DNA of 64,000 nucleotides from Trichoplax adhaerens (Eukaryota > Animalia > Placozoa), in assembly GCF_000150275.1 (NCBI RefSeq), contig NW_002060947.1:8147899-8211898 (forward strand). The letters are read 5' to 3'. How positions within the stretch are numbered: the stretch's first letter is position 1; each line of letters begins with the position of its first letter. The translations under genes were made by a program, and so were the position numbers. The notes beneath the pieces were generated by a model. The model saw nothing but the letters and a program-made list of their open reading frames with translations. It had not been told where the DNA came from and did not search any database. Shown here one piece after another: positions 47,101 to 58,011 of the stretch.

Positions 47101-48702
47101 GCCTTGATCACTATAAGCTTTTCCGATGTTGTTATATGTTATAGCGATACTTGGATGATTGTCGCCAAGCTGTGTTAGCTTAATCTTGAGAGATTTGTAA
47201 TATAGTGATAGAGCGTCATCATACTTGTCTTGATTATTATAGACTTGCCCAATATTGTCATATGTGTTAGCAATACTTGGATGATTATCACCAAGTTTTG
47301 TTAGTGTAATCTTAAGCGATTTGTTATAGGCTGATAGAGCGTCATCATACTTGCCTTGATTATTATAGACTTGTCCAATATCGCGATATGTATTAGCAAT
47401 AATTAGAATGATTTCCACTAAGTCGAGTTAGCGTAATCTTAAGTGATTTGTTATGTATTGATAGAGCGTCATCATACTTGCCTTGATTATTATAGACTTG
47501 TCCAATGTTGTTATACGTATTAGCGATATTTGGATGATTATTGCTAAGTTTTGTTATTGTAATCTTGAGTGATTTGTTAAACATTGGCAGAGCTTTATCA
47601 TACTTGCCTTGATGCTTGTAGACTTGTCCAATATTGCTATATGTTATAGCAATACTTGGATGATTTTCATCAAGTTGTGTTAGTTGAGTCTTGAGTGATT
47701 TGTTAAACACTGGTAGAGCGTCATCATACTTGCCTTGGTGACAATAAACTTGCCCAATTTTGTCATATATGTTAGCAATACTTGGATGATTATCACCAAG
47801 TTTTGTTAGTGTAATCTTAAGCGATTTGTTATAGACTGATAGAGCGTCATCATACTTGCCTTGATTATTATAGACTTGTCCAATATCGCGATATGTATTA
47901 GCAATAATTGAATGATTGCCATTAGGTCGTGTTAGTGTAATCTTAAGTGATTTGTTATGTATTGATAGAGCGTCATCATATTTGCCTTGACGATTATAGA
48001 CTTGTCCAATGTTGTTATACGTATTAGCGATACTTGGATGATTATTGCTAAGTTTTGTTAGTGTAATCTTGAGTGATTTGTTTAACATTGACAGAGCTTC
48101 ATCATACTTGTCTAGATGCTTGTAGACTTGTCCAATATTGCTATATGTTATAGCAATACTTGGATGATTTTCATCAAGTTGTGTTAGTTGAGTCTTAAGT
48201 GATTTATTAAACATTGATAGAGCGTCATCATACTTGCCTTGATCATCATAAACGTTTCCAATTTTATGATATAAGTCACTGACACTGATGTCTTCGCTTC
48301 TTAACCATTTTAACTTCGTTTTGAGTGATTTGTAAAAATCATTTAAGGCTCCACTCAAATCACCTTGCAATCGTTTAATGCATCCCCGCCTATCTAAACA
48401 GTTTGAAGCTTTGACTTTATCTTGTAGTATCTTGGCAACTTTCTCTGCGTTGTCATTACATTTAGCGGCTTCTACTAATTCGTATTGATTTATGTAACAA
48501 TCAGTCATATCGATATAAATATCGTGTTCAAGTTGATGATAATTATTGTTACTATTTCTAGACATCGATTGGATTGTAGTAAGAGCTTCTTGTAATAGAA
48601 TAGCGCTTGTACATCATTTTCACTTTGCTGAAGTTTTACACCTTTTTCGTAGATAGATTGAATTTCGTTGGGAATAATCAATTCAGTAGAGTCCTTTGCC
48701 AT
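44182..48702 (-). pseudogene. Frameshifted paralog of the giant 42-aa TPR-repeat gene (about 31 units); pseudogene or consensus errors
   Basis: Three overlapping ORFs (48505-48702, 47393-48565, 44182-47418) are collinear with the intact 58012-62910 ORF. There is a 1-bp deletion at ~48587 (GAGCTTCTTG vs GAGCTTTCTTG) and a 1-bp insertion at ~47407. Confidence 0.85.
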
Positions 48703-49580
48703 GCTTCAATATACAACAAAAGTGAAAGCATATGTTTGAGAAAATAGACACTAATATGATATTCGATAGAGATTACTGTCATATATCTAAATCTTAGACT
48801 TAGTTAATGTTAGTATAGAGCAGCGTATAAGTTATCGTAAAATAATATGAGAAAACATTAACATTGTAACTACTGCAATTAATGATTTCTGAGGTACAAA
48901 TCGTTAGTATTTGTAGCTTTAGGCTAGAACACATGCAGAGAACAAGATTGTAAATTGGACCATACAACATATACAGTACATAAATAGTTCAAGTAATAGC
49001 GAAGACTGTAAGTACTAAATACAATAATCTATATTTGACTATTTGACTATACTGCAAAAAAGACTGTAAACATTTCTATATTTAAGAACAACATTAACTA
49101 CCTATATTTAGGAATACTGTATGTTAGAGTTACAGTACAATCTAAATATACTACAATACCATACTGTATATCAACGTGATGTAATTTACCGCAATATGAT
49201 GTAGACAACAGTGATATTAGGAACTATAAAAGTAGCTATAAAGCATGACGATAAAATGATTATCTATTCTCTAAATTGTGTAATTCTAAACTAATTAGTA
49301 GTTGTTAGTATACAACATTCACCGTACATAATAATTATAATAAGAGAATAAAGAATAATAACATTATTAGAGCGATATTCGTAGAGATAATGCATGTATC
49401 ATATCATTGAAGAATTACTAAGAATAATTAATATTATTGGAGAAATATTTTATCGCCTTTATCGTACGGTAATTATTATCGTGGAAAATTCGTCATTATA
49501 TTATAAGAGCGAGAACAACGAAATAGAGTCTTGTCTCTAAAATAAACTATAATCAGTAAAAAGCATGCAAACTTACAAGG

Positions 49581-50128
49581 TGTGATATATACCAATCACG
49601 AAATTCCAAATTTTAGAAAAATAAGGGCTTTATTGAATCTTATACAAAGATTAACTACACACAGCTCTACTCGAGCCGAATACTACTACTAAAGACTTCT
49701 ACAACGAACTAACAGAATAATCTAAAGTTGCATGCTTTTATATTTTTCGTAGCATTCGCAGCTACAATCTGCATGGCAACCTTTTACCTTATATTACACA
49801 CAGTTAAATTATTCTTAAAAAGACTGTTCTACTGCGGACTATCATTAATCCAATATGGATACGACTACAGTACTTACATAGACACTATTCACACCAGCCA
49901 AAGTACAATGAATTAACCATATCCTAATATATGATTTACAGTTCTATTTTCACCTATAGCCTTATTAGTAACTCAACACTTTACTGTATATAGTCATCTG
50001 TACTCTAGCATAGAGTCTATGCCACTACAGTCTATAGTAGCTACCAAATATCTCTTAGGATAAATATCTACCGTACATTATACTAAACATGGCTAATAGT
50101 CTACAATCACAATACTAGTTACATTACA
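49581..50128 (-). mobile_element. Solo LTR (548 bp) with 5-bp target-site duplication CAAGG
   Basis: TGTGAT...ATTACA ends, flanked by CAAGG at 49576-49580 and 50129-50133. The empty site ACTTACAAGGTTACTGA is in copy B (~63946-63962). The minus strand has TATAAAA (~49740) and AATAAA (49629-49634). Confidence 0.85.
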
Positions 50129-50758
50129 CAAGGTTACTGAATGCAGGTTATTAATCGCAGTTTACCATTTTAATTATTATATTCTCGTATTAATAAAGGG
50201 TCTATACGTTTCATAGACTTAATAGATCATACAATTCTACAAATCTTTTATAATATCACTAATGCGGTCATTTCTATTTAATCCTCGTGTTTTATTTATC
50301 TTCACTCTTTGTTTTCTAGTTTACTTTGTAGACTTAAAAATGTAATGCTAAAGTTAATTCGATCAATTTCCAGGTACTTTTTGTATAGTTGAAGGCAATC
50401 AGAGATTTAACATACGTAGGTGTAGTAAAAGGACTAAAAGTAGAGTCCTTTGTAGTTTTTAGTATGTAATTAGTATTATTTTACTATAGAAAATACCTAG
50501 AAAGTGATAGTGTCTTTAAGTTTTACCCTGCCAAATCATCATGTCGCCATCTTTTCTTCTTCATTATTTTACAAGGTATTATATAGATTACTATAGAAGT
50601 AGCCCTATAGAGCAAATGCCTAATCTAAAGAAAGGCCGTTTGATCGTCTATTCAAATTGTAAAGAAATTTGACTTAGTAGCAAAACCCTATCCTTAGAGA
50701 AAGGGAATTTATAACATGACGATAAAGTACTGTAATGTAGTCTATACTCGTACAGTTA

Positions 50759-50808
50759 NNNNNNNNNNNNNNNNNNNNNNNNNNNNNNNNNNNNNNNNNN
50801 NNNNNNNN
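50759..50808. other. Assembly gap (50 N)
   Basis: Run of N. Confidence 0.99.
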
Positions 50809-52601
50809 CTCTACGAAGCCTATAAATGATAGTGCAATTAGAAAATTTAGAGGGAGAGTAGGAGAAGATTTTATTTGAAGAACTTGTTGAATTTAAAAGG
50901 CCTTCGGGGTCGAATTGTCGTAAGTTAAAACGTTCTTCTTTTTGAAAGGTTGTTTGGTCGTTGACAGTTTTTAAGTCTGTCATTTATTTTAATAATACTT
51001 AAAGCTAAGTATTTGTAAGGTTGTTCGGTTTATACTTCTCTTCATTTTTGTTTTGAAATAAATTGTTGTTCGGTTATTTCCCCAAATTTAATTTGGTGTC
51101 AAAGTATTAGCGTTAAGTCGACCGGAGTGCAACGAAAGTAGAATCAAAGTTTGTTAAAGTTTCGTAGCTTGATCTCTACACTTTTCATTTCATTACATAG
51201 GGAAACTACTTTAAGACTTGATGATAAAAATAAAAGCGTCATATATCTTTTCATAGCACGGCAAGTTAACTTAAGGTTGTTTACAATATTTATTAGATAG
51301 TATCGATCAGCGATTATAGACTGTCTGGTATCGAAATGCTGATGATTACGACGTTTATGAAAGGAAGTAAAATAAACTGTTAAGTTGCAAAGTTGAAGCC
51401 TGAACCTATCACAATATCATTCACGTACTTTATAAACTGTATACGCCCTTTACAACAATATGTCCGCATATCAACCAATCAATTAGAATATTATGCAAGT
51501 ATTACGCGATGAAGAAATACGTAGAACTAGCCCTTAAATTGGGCGGATAAAGCAATGAATTCGCTAGAAAACTTGCTGACTTTTTTAATTACTAACAATA
51601 CAAAATACTATAGTATAGTAAGATATATTCTTTCTAGTTATTTTTGGCACAGTAAACATAATAAGTATGCTATGGAATTTAACTTTATACTGAGTCTAAT
51701 CCGTTTATCTCGTGCTCCCTCCATATACCCAGATATATACCGGTACGCCATTCATTCCTAAGAACGGAATCAGCCTTAAGGCAGTCACGTACAAATTTGA
51801 GAATCTCAGGATTTTGTAAATACTTCTTTTGCTTCTGTTCGTTAGTAAGTAAGCTGTAATGTATCTTATTCATAAGATTTGAATAGTTCAATCCAAAGAG
51901 CCAGAAAGCTAGCTTTAATCGTTAAACTTATAGACAAGATTTATTTACAATATTTTTATTGATCCAGACTATTTTGCAGTTGAAATTCTATAATCTTACT
52001 CTCTGTATATGTAGCGTTTTTAAATTATAAATACTGTTGGTTCTTGTCTAGGATTTGGTAGTTGATAGTTGGTGTATTCATAATTGTCGTTTTATTACAA
52101 CATAGTTTACATGCTGCTCTACGGTACCGAACTACCGCATTCAACGCCAGTTGGAGTTTCTAGTAAAGTATCCTATTAAGACGTTTACGCAATGCTCTGA
52201 AATGGCGACGAATTCAATTTCATCGCACACTAATACATTACCCGGTACAGACTTTAGAATATGAACTGTAAAAATTCTTATCGACTGGTCTATTCGTCAT
52301 TGTGCTGTATGCGATTACAGTAGAATGGAGTAAATTAATAATATTTAGTACAAGTTACTGTATAGTTTCGCAGTTAACTAACTATTCATTTGTACAGGAC
52401 GGCATGCTTGTATATTAGAATACGGTGCCGGTAAGGATTGCACTACTTCTATTTTTCATCGCCAAGACGTACAACACGGGTTTAAAACTATCTGAATCAG
52501 TGAAAGAAAACGAAACAGCAAAATTGTTCTACTGTAGAACTTTGTACGGCTGATTATAAGAGTAACAGTGTATCATCGTTGTTTCAATTGATTCTTTCAT
52601 C

Positions 52602-53046
52602 ATGGAAATGTTAACATGACTGGCCAAAATTTCACTGGTACCGTTAAATAGTTCTCGGCCTCTTTTGCTCAATAAAGTTGTATTTCAGTCAACAACCGAA
52701 ATCACGCATGAACCGCCAAAGGACAACAATAATGACTATCATAAGGCTAAATCTTTCCAAGAGATATCTAAACCCGATAGTTTACCGTTAATTGAATCTT
52801 TACTTACGACACTCAAAAATAAAGGATATTATCAAAGGAATACTCACTTATATTTCTCTAAAATTTTCAAAAATATGGTCCAGTCTTTCGTGATAAAATT
52901 GGACCTCTATCGAATGTACTTGTTTATAAGCCAGAAGACGTCGCTAGTGTTTTCCAAGCGGAAGGGAAATATCCTGCTCGTGGTTCAACGTTACCGTGGT
53001 CGATCTACTGGAAACAACGAAAGAAAGCGAAAGGCCTTCTACTCGC
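52602..53046 (+). pseudogene. Orphan, disabled exon 1 of a second mitochondrial-clan cytochrome P450
   Basis: ATG at 52602 and an in-frame TGA at 52617 where the intact gene has Trp. KSFQEISKPDSLPLIESLLTTLKNKGYYQ, a frameshift at ~52870, then KYGPVFRDKIG...KPEDVASVFQAEGKYPARG...QRKKAKGLLL ending at a phase-2 GT donor equivalent to that of the intact gene. No downstream exons are present in the window. Confidence 0.9.
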
Positions 53047-53934
53047 GTTAGTCTAGAGTAATATGGAGTAGTATGGAGTAATATGGAGTAACATATCAAC
53101 GTACACAGTAGTCAATGCGAAATTGATGAATCGGTCCTAATCTGTAAAAAATTATGCTGGCTTAGAACGCCCTTTTTGTCTATCAAGTTGAAGCTTATGA
53201 TTGATTTACGATTATAATAGACAAACAGCGAATATCTTTAGTATTATTTTGATACAGCTACTTGTATACAGGAATTTTATGTTGTTCAATTTATCCCCCT
53301 TCACTGTATAAGATGCTATTGTAAAAATGCAACGAATTAGCAAGAACAGAATATTAATTTTGGGTATTGCCCTACTTCAAAATTGACCAAAGTTTAACGC
53401 AGCAGGTATCGATACTAGTACTATAATACAATAACAATTATTGGAGTAAAACGCTTGATGAAACTCCGTTAGTAATCTTATAGATTTTCTATGCAAATTA
53501 GAGCTTGAAAGAATAGATTACAATTAGTTGGAAACCTGGATTTTATCTTGCTTAAGTCTATAGTTTAGCATCTTGTCACGTTCTGTAATAGTTACATAAT
53601 TAGTATGTTACCTCCTTTCTATATATGGTTAAATATCACGATGTTATCACGTCAGGCGTATATAGATGTAGTTATGGTACTATATTAAGGTTATCTAGAT
53701 ATGTATTCTCATGTTGCCATACTTGGCATGATAGTCTATTTGTAATGACTAAACTAGGGAAACCTTTCTGTTAGTGATGATCTTGTGATCTACGTCAGTA
53801 GATCAAAGGTCACAATAAAGAAAGTATATAAACTCTTCATTTTAACAATAAAGTTAGTTCTTCAACTTAATTACTGGGTCTCCTTGCTGAGTGCAGATCT
53901 AGTACTTGTTACAAAATTTGGAAGTTGTAACAAT

Positions 53935-53952
53935 TGGTGGCAGCGGTGGGAT
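53935..53952 (+). promoter_or_regulatory. Primer-binding site complementary to the 3' end of tRNA-Leu
   Basis: TGGTGGCAGCGGTGGGAT, 2 nt after the LTR end, is the reverse complement of ATCCCACCGCTGCCA-CCA, the 3' end of metazoan tRNA-Leu(AAG/TAG) as I recall it. Confidence 0.85.
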
Positions 53953-54082
53953 CATCGTTTTATCCCATCGTTATCATTGGATCATCGTTTTATCCCATCG
54001 TTATCTTTGGATCATCGTTTTATCCCATCGTTATCATTGGATCATCGTTTTATCCCGTCGTTATCCTTGGATCATCGTTTAT
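53949..54082 (+). repeat. 30-bp tandem repeat (~4.4 copies) in the retroelement leader
   Basis: Unit GGATCATCGTTTTATCCCATCGTTATC(A/T/C)TT, read directly. Confidence 0.95.
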
Positions 54083-55391
54083 CCATTTATTTAATTAAGT
54101 GAAGAAACTCAATTATATTAATCCATCATTTTCCACTATGGCCATGGCTACACCCATTTTAGCAGTTCAGGATGATGATATGTTTTCTAGAGAGAAAGAA
54201 TTAGAGGCAATGCCTCTCGAAGAATTAAAAAGGCTTGCTTGCTGAGTGCAGATCTAGTACTTGTTACAAAATTTGGAAGTTGTAACACATCTATAAAGAT
54301 AACTACAAAGGCAATAGCAAATATTATTCATGGTACAACGTTAAATAAAAATCTGTTACAAACATTTAATAAAAATGAAAGTCTTGATTTTATCTTGATT
54401 TAAGCATAGAGAATGAACGTCTAAAGCAATGACAATTTCTTCTTTAGTAAATACCTAAATAAACTTCGTCAATATAGTCGTCTTAAGACAGAGTACAAAA
54501 ACTACAAGAAAAATTGAAGTTACTTACAGTACGTTTGTTTCCTCATGTGCAAATAAATGGAGCTAAATTGATTTCAAGTAATTGTTAAATAACGCGTTCT
54601 ATCAGCTACATGTACAAAATGCAGTTCCGTTCTAATAGTATTAATAATTTGTATTCAATTTCTTAATCTATAAATACTTATTATTTGACTATTATTATAG
54701 TGACGAGTATGTCGTAACGAAACAATATTTTTCGCAGTTTAGTAGAGTTAATGGCTGAAATAATATCATCGTTATCTTCTGTTTGTCGTAAAGCTGCCTT
54801 AAGCATTAATTATCGGTTTATAGATAATATTATAAGACTATACAGTCATCTGCTAAAAGCATGTATAAAGTCATAGATAACGATCAGCTACCTGACGAAA
54901 ATAAGTTAAGTATTTTATAGCAAAGTTCTTTTCCGGACACCGACTTAAAATGATAACTTGTCAATGTAAAGACTTCGCCATATTAATCGAATGTAAAATA
55001 CAAAATAGAATAAAATTGAAGTGCATCTGCATTGCATATACGAAAGTGGCCTCGCTGCATAAGTATAATCAAATATAACCCATACAGTTTAGTTGGCTAA
55101 CTCGTAACTAATATCGTAAGCTATAACAACATTGAAATACCCGTACTTTCTAAAGATTATTTGCAATGATCATATACTTTTATAGTTAGCGGATAGATCG
55201 ACAAAATAGAGAATTAGATGCAAGTAAATGCTTAGAGAGAATAGAGAACTAGAAATTATTGATTCGCGTATCTCTCCACTGATGTTTTACGAAATTCACT
55301 TATTATCACTGTAGATGAATTTAGGTATTTGTTTTCGTCTACAATAAGATATTTGTATAGCGATTACGATATTTATATTTCTGTACACGAT

Positions 55392-55824
55392 TGTCACAAA
55401 CCAGCTTCGTGACAAGGATAACGTAAAACAAATCTCTAAATTACTATAGTCTCCGGGATTCAGTATCCCTTAGCTACCTCACAAGAATTTAGACGCCTTC
55501 GATTCTACGTTAAACTCAACTAGACAATTGAGAATTACTTTATTCAACTATCTGACGGGCTTGTATACCCTTTTACAGCAGCTAACAATCATGAGTCATC
55601 TTATAAAGTGAGAACATCTACTAATTAATTTTTCACAGTCGGACTAAAATATGTCCATTCACAGAATCATTTCAGTGCACATTACAGCACAGCATTAAAT
55701 TTACTGTAACACATTTATAATTAGAGTAATTCCTATTGTAAGGAACTAGATGTAATATATTATCACTATATTATATTAAACAAATTTAGATAGCTATTTC
55801 TTCACGGTAGTTCGTACCGTGACA
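55392..55824 (-). mobile_element. Solo LTR (433 bp) with 5-bp TSD ACGAT
   Basis: Perfect TGTCAC...GTGACA termini, with ACGAT at 55387-55391 and 55825-55829. The empty site GTACACGATTCAGTAAC is in copy A (~42921). The minus strand has TATAA (~55601-55605) and AATAAA (55539-55544). Confidence 0.88.
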
Positions 55825-58011
55825 ACGATTCAGTAACATCTACGGCAAATATTACATGTTGGGTCCTCATATTTAGTTAACAAAAACTGAATACATATAA
55901 GTAAAACCTTTATACTGCCTATCTTCTCACTCATCATCTGCACTTGCTATTATTTTCTTTTTACGAGACGTGTAATCGCGCATCGATTGTGATTGAATCG
56001 ATTCTTTACGTTTGCCAAAACGAATGATATCAGATAAATCTAGCAAAATATTTATGGATAACGTATGTCATGTTGTCAGCCACAACAATTCTTTTATTTA
56101 TAATTACGTAATCAAATCTTTTACTTATTACCAACCTTTGTAATTTTCTTCACTGATATTCTTGTTAATCGATTTATCTACGTTTTCATCGTCATGTTGG
56201 CTAAATTTTACTGTAAAATATAATTGCAATGCTGGGTTATTTATTTCTACACATTATCTCAGAACATAATCCATTCACGTTTATCGATTCAGGCACTTTG
56301 AAAGGTAATCAGAAATAATGATGGAGCTGTTATATCGTTACTGTATCATTGTTATAGTTAATCCCGGGAGTAACTAATTCTCGGGGTTTACCATAACATC
56401 ACTAACACATATTCATTTATTAAAATAACATTAATTCAGATATTTCGTTTTGCATATACATTATAAATAACTACATATTTTCTTTTTAAGATTATTCGAT
56501 TCGACTAGCTCATAATTTTTAAATCTTATGTTAGTATGAATGATCGATGTTTTTTAACTAAAGAAATAATAAGATTTCTATTCAAAATGAGGATTTTAAT
56601 TTAAAATGATGGCATTTTGTTTGAGGTTAGGAAAGTTTTAATGATACAGTGCTACTTCATTGCTTATTTTGTCTAAAATAATAGGCGTTGTTAAGCAAAC
56701 AGCAGGTAAGATTTTGTATTTATAAATTTATTTTCTTTATCAATGATGATGTACGATGACGACGATTTGTAGTACTGATATCACCCATCTAATAATGATG
56801 GCGAACAAATCTAGAATAGAAAAGGATAGAAAATATATTTCCCTTGTTGATACATATGTCATTGTTTTCTTGATTGATGGCATTTTAAAGTACGAATTAT
56901 TGCTATTGTTGCAGATGCAAGAACATTATTTGATTCTGTGCGATTATAAGTTATACGATATTATTCTACTTCAGCATTTGTATTATTTGAATAAAAGTTG
57001 TTTATTAAACTGACTAAACGGTAGACTTTTTAACATGTAATTTCCCTTTTATTTAATAACCTGTGAATGATTGAATATTGACGATAATGCTCCAGCAACT
57101 CATGTGTATTCGATTTCTTGCTATTGATAAAATAAGTTATTGCAATCTTGCGGTTAGTTAGCAATGACTATATCTAATAATTAATGAAGAAAAAGCGAAA
57201 GGTCCAGCAGTGATACGCCTCTTATTTGATTATAAGGATAGCTATATTTGATACAGTTAGGTTACTAACAATAGATATTATTGTCAAGTTAATATTAGAC
57301 GATTGATAACTACTATATTAGAAATTGCTGATAACTGATAGTAGCAAGTTGACTAATTATGTTACAAGGTTTATATGACTAGAAACACTGCAACTGTATA
57401 GATGCTGAACAACAAAAGGGGCTGGATATTAATACAAGAGTAGCGATATCTTATGTAGAATGATTCAGATTGTAGAAGTTAATGATGTTCTATTTGAGAA
57501 AAGTGTTTAATATGATGACTCAAGGCTGATTGTTGATTGATTAAGTTGTGTTAAATGTATATTTCAACTCTAGCATGAGTAAAATTGATTGAAGATGATG
57601 CCGATTTTGACAAAGTTATTCCAACAGTTTTTCTCTAAATTAAAAACAGTATTAAAAAACTATCACCTTCTAGTTTTATTACCAACTTGCCCGTGAAATT
57701 AAGCTATATAGTATAGGCTTTATTGACTAGTCTACTCCCACATACCGTACTTTACCTTGTGATATTATTTTGAAATTAATTGTTGAAAAGGAATAATCAC
57801 TCATTTAAGTTGGATGAATTTACGATATTGAGCCAATATGTCAGCATGTAATATCATCCAATTAGTAAATTAGTTCGATGCTGTATATAGACTTACTACG
57901 GCATTGTTGTCTGTTATTATCTTTTGGTTTTCCAAATTGATTTGAATGTCGATTTTCTTCTGCTATTAGTCAAAACAAGGAGTGAGGATATGTTATATAG
58001 ATGGAAGACTG

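Larger units (their letters stand above)
40670..50180. repeat. Segmental duplication, copy A (paralog of 53095-64000)
   Basis: ATCAACGTACAC..GTAGTCAAT at ~40671 matches ~53095. High identity is collinear through the TPR gene and its flanks up to GGTTACTGA..GCAGGTTATTAAT (50132 vs 63954), with several indels. Confidence 0.95.
53574..54287 (+). mobile_element. Internally deleted LTR retrotransposon (probably Gypsy-type): full 5' LTR 53574-53932, PBS, leader repeats, gag-like start, 50-bp 3' LTR remnant 54238-54287
   Basis: TG...CA ends and TSD CATCT (53569-53573 and 54288-54292), with the empty site in copy A (~41145). TATATAAA at 53825 and AATAAA at 53847 lie in the LTR. 53883-53932 is identical to 54238-54287. 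Confidence 0.92.

Noticed and set aside
53785-54102. ORFs with DHRFIPSLSL or WIIVLSHRY repeats
   Set aside because: Translation by-products of the 30-bp tandem repeat in the retroelement leader.
56005-56039. RFamide neuropeptide-like motif DIIRF-GKR in a candidate exon
   Set aside because: Single copy, no signal-peptide exon, and it appears linked to a cytosolic TPR gene, so it is more likely a chance match.
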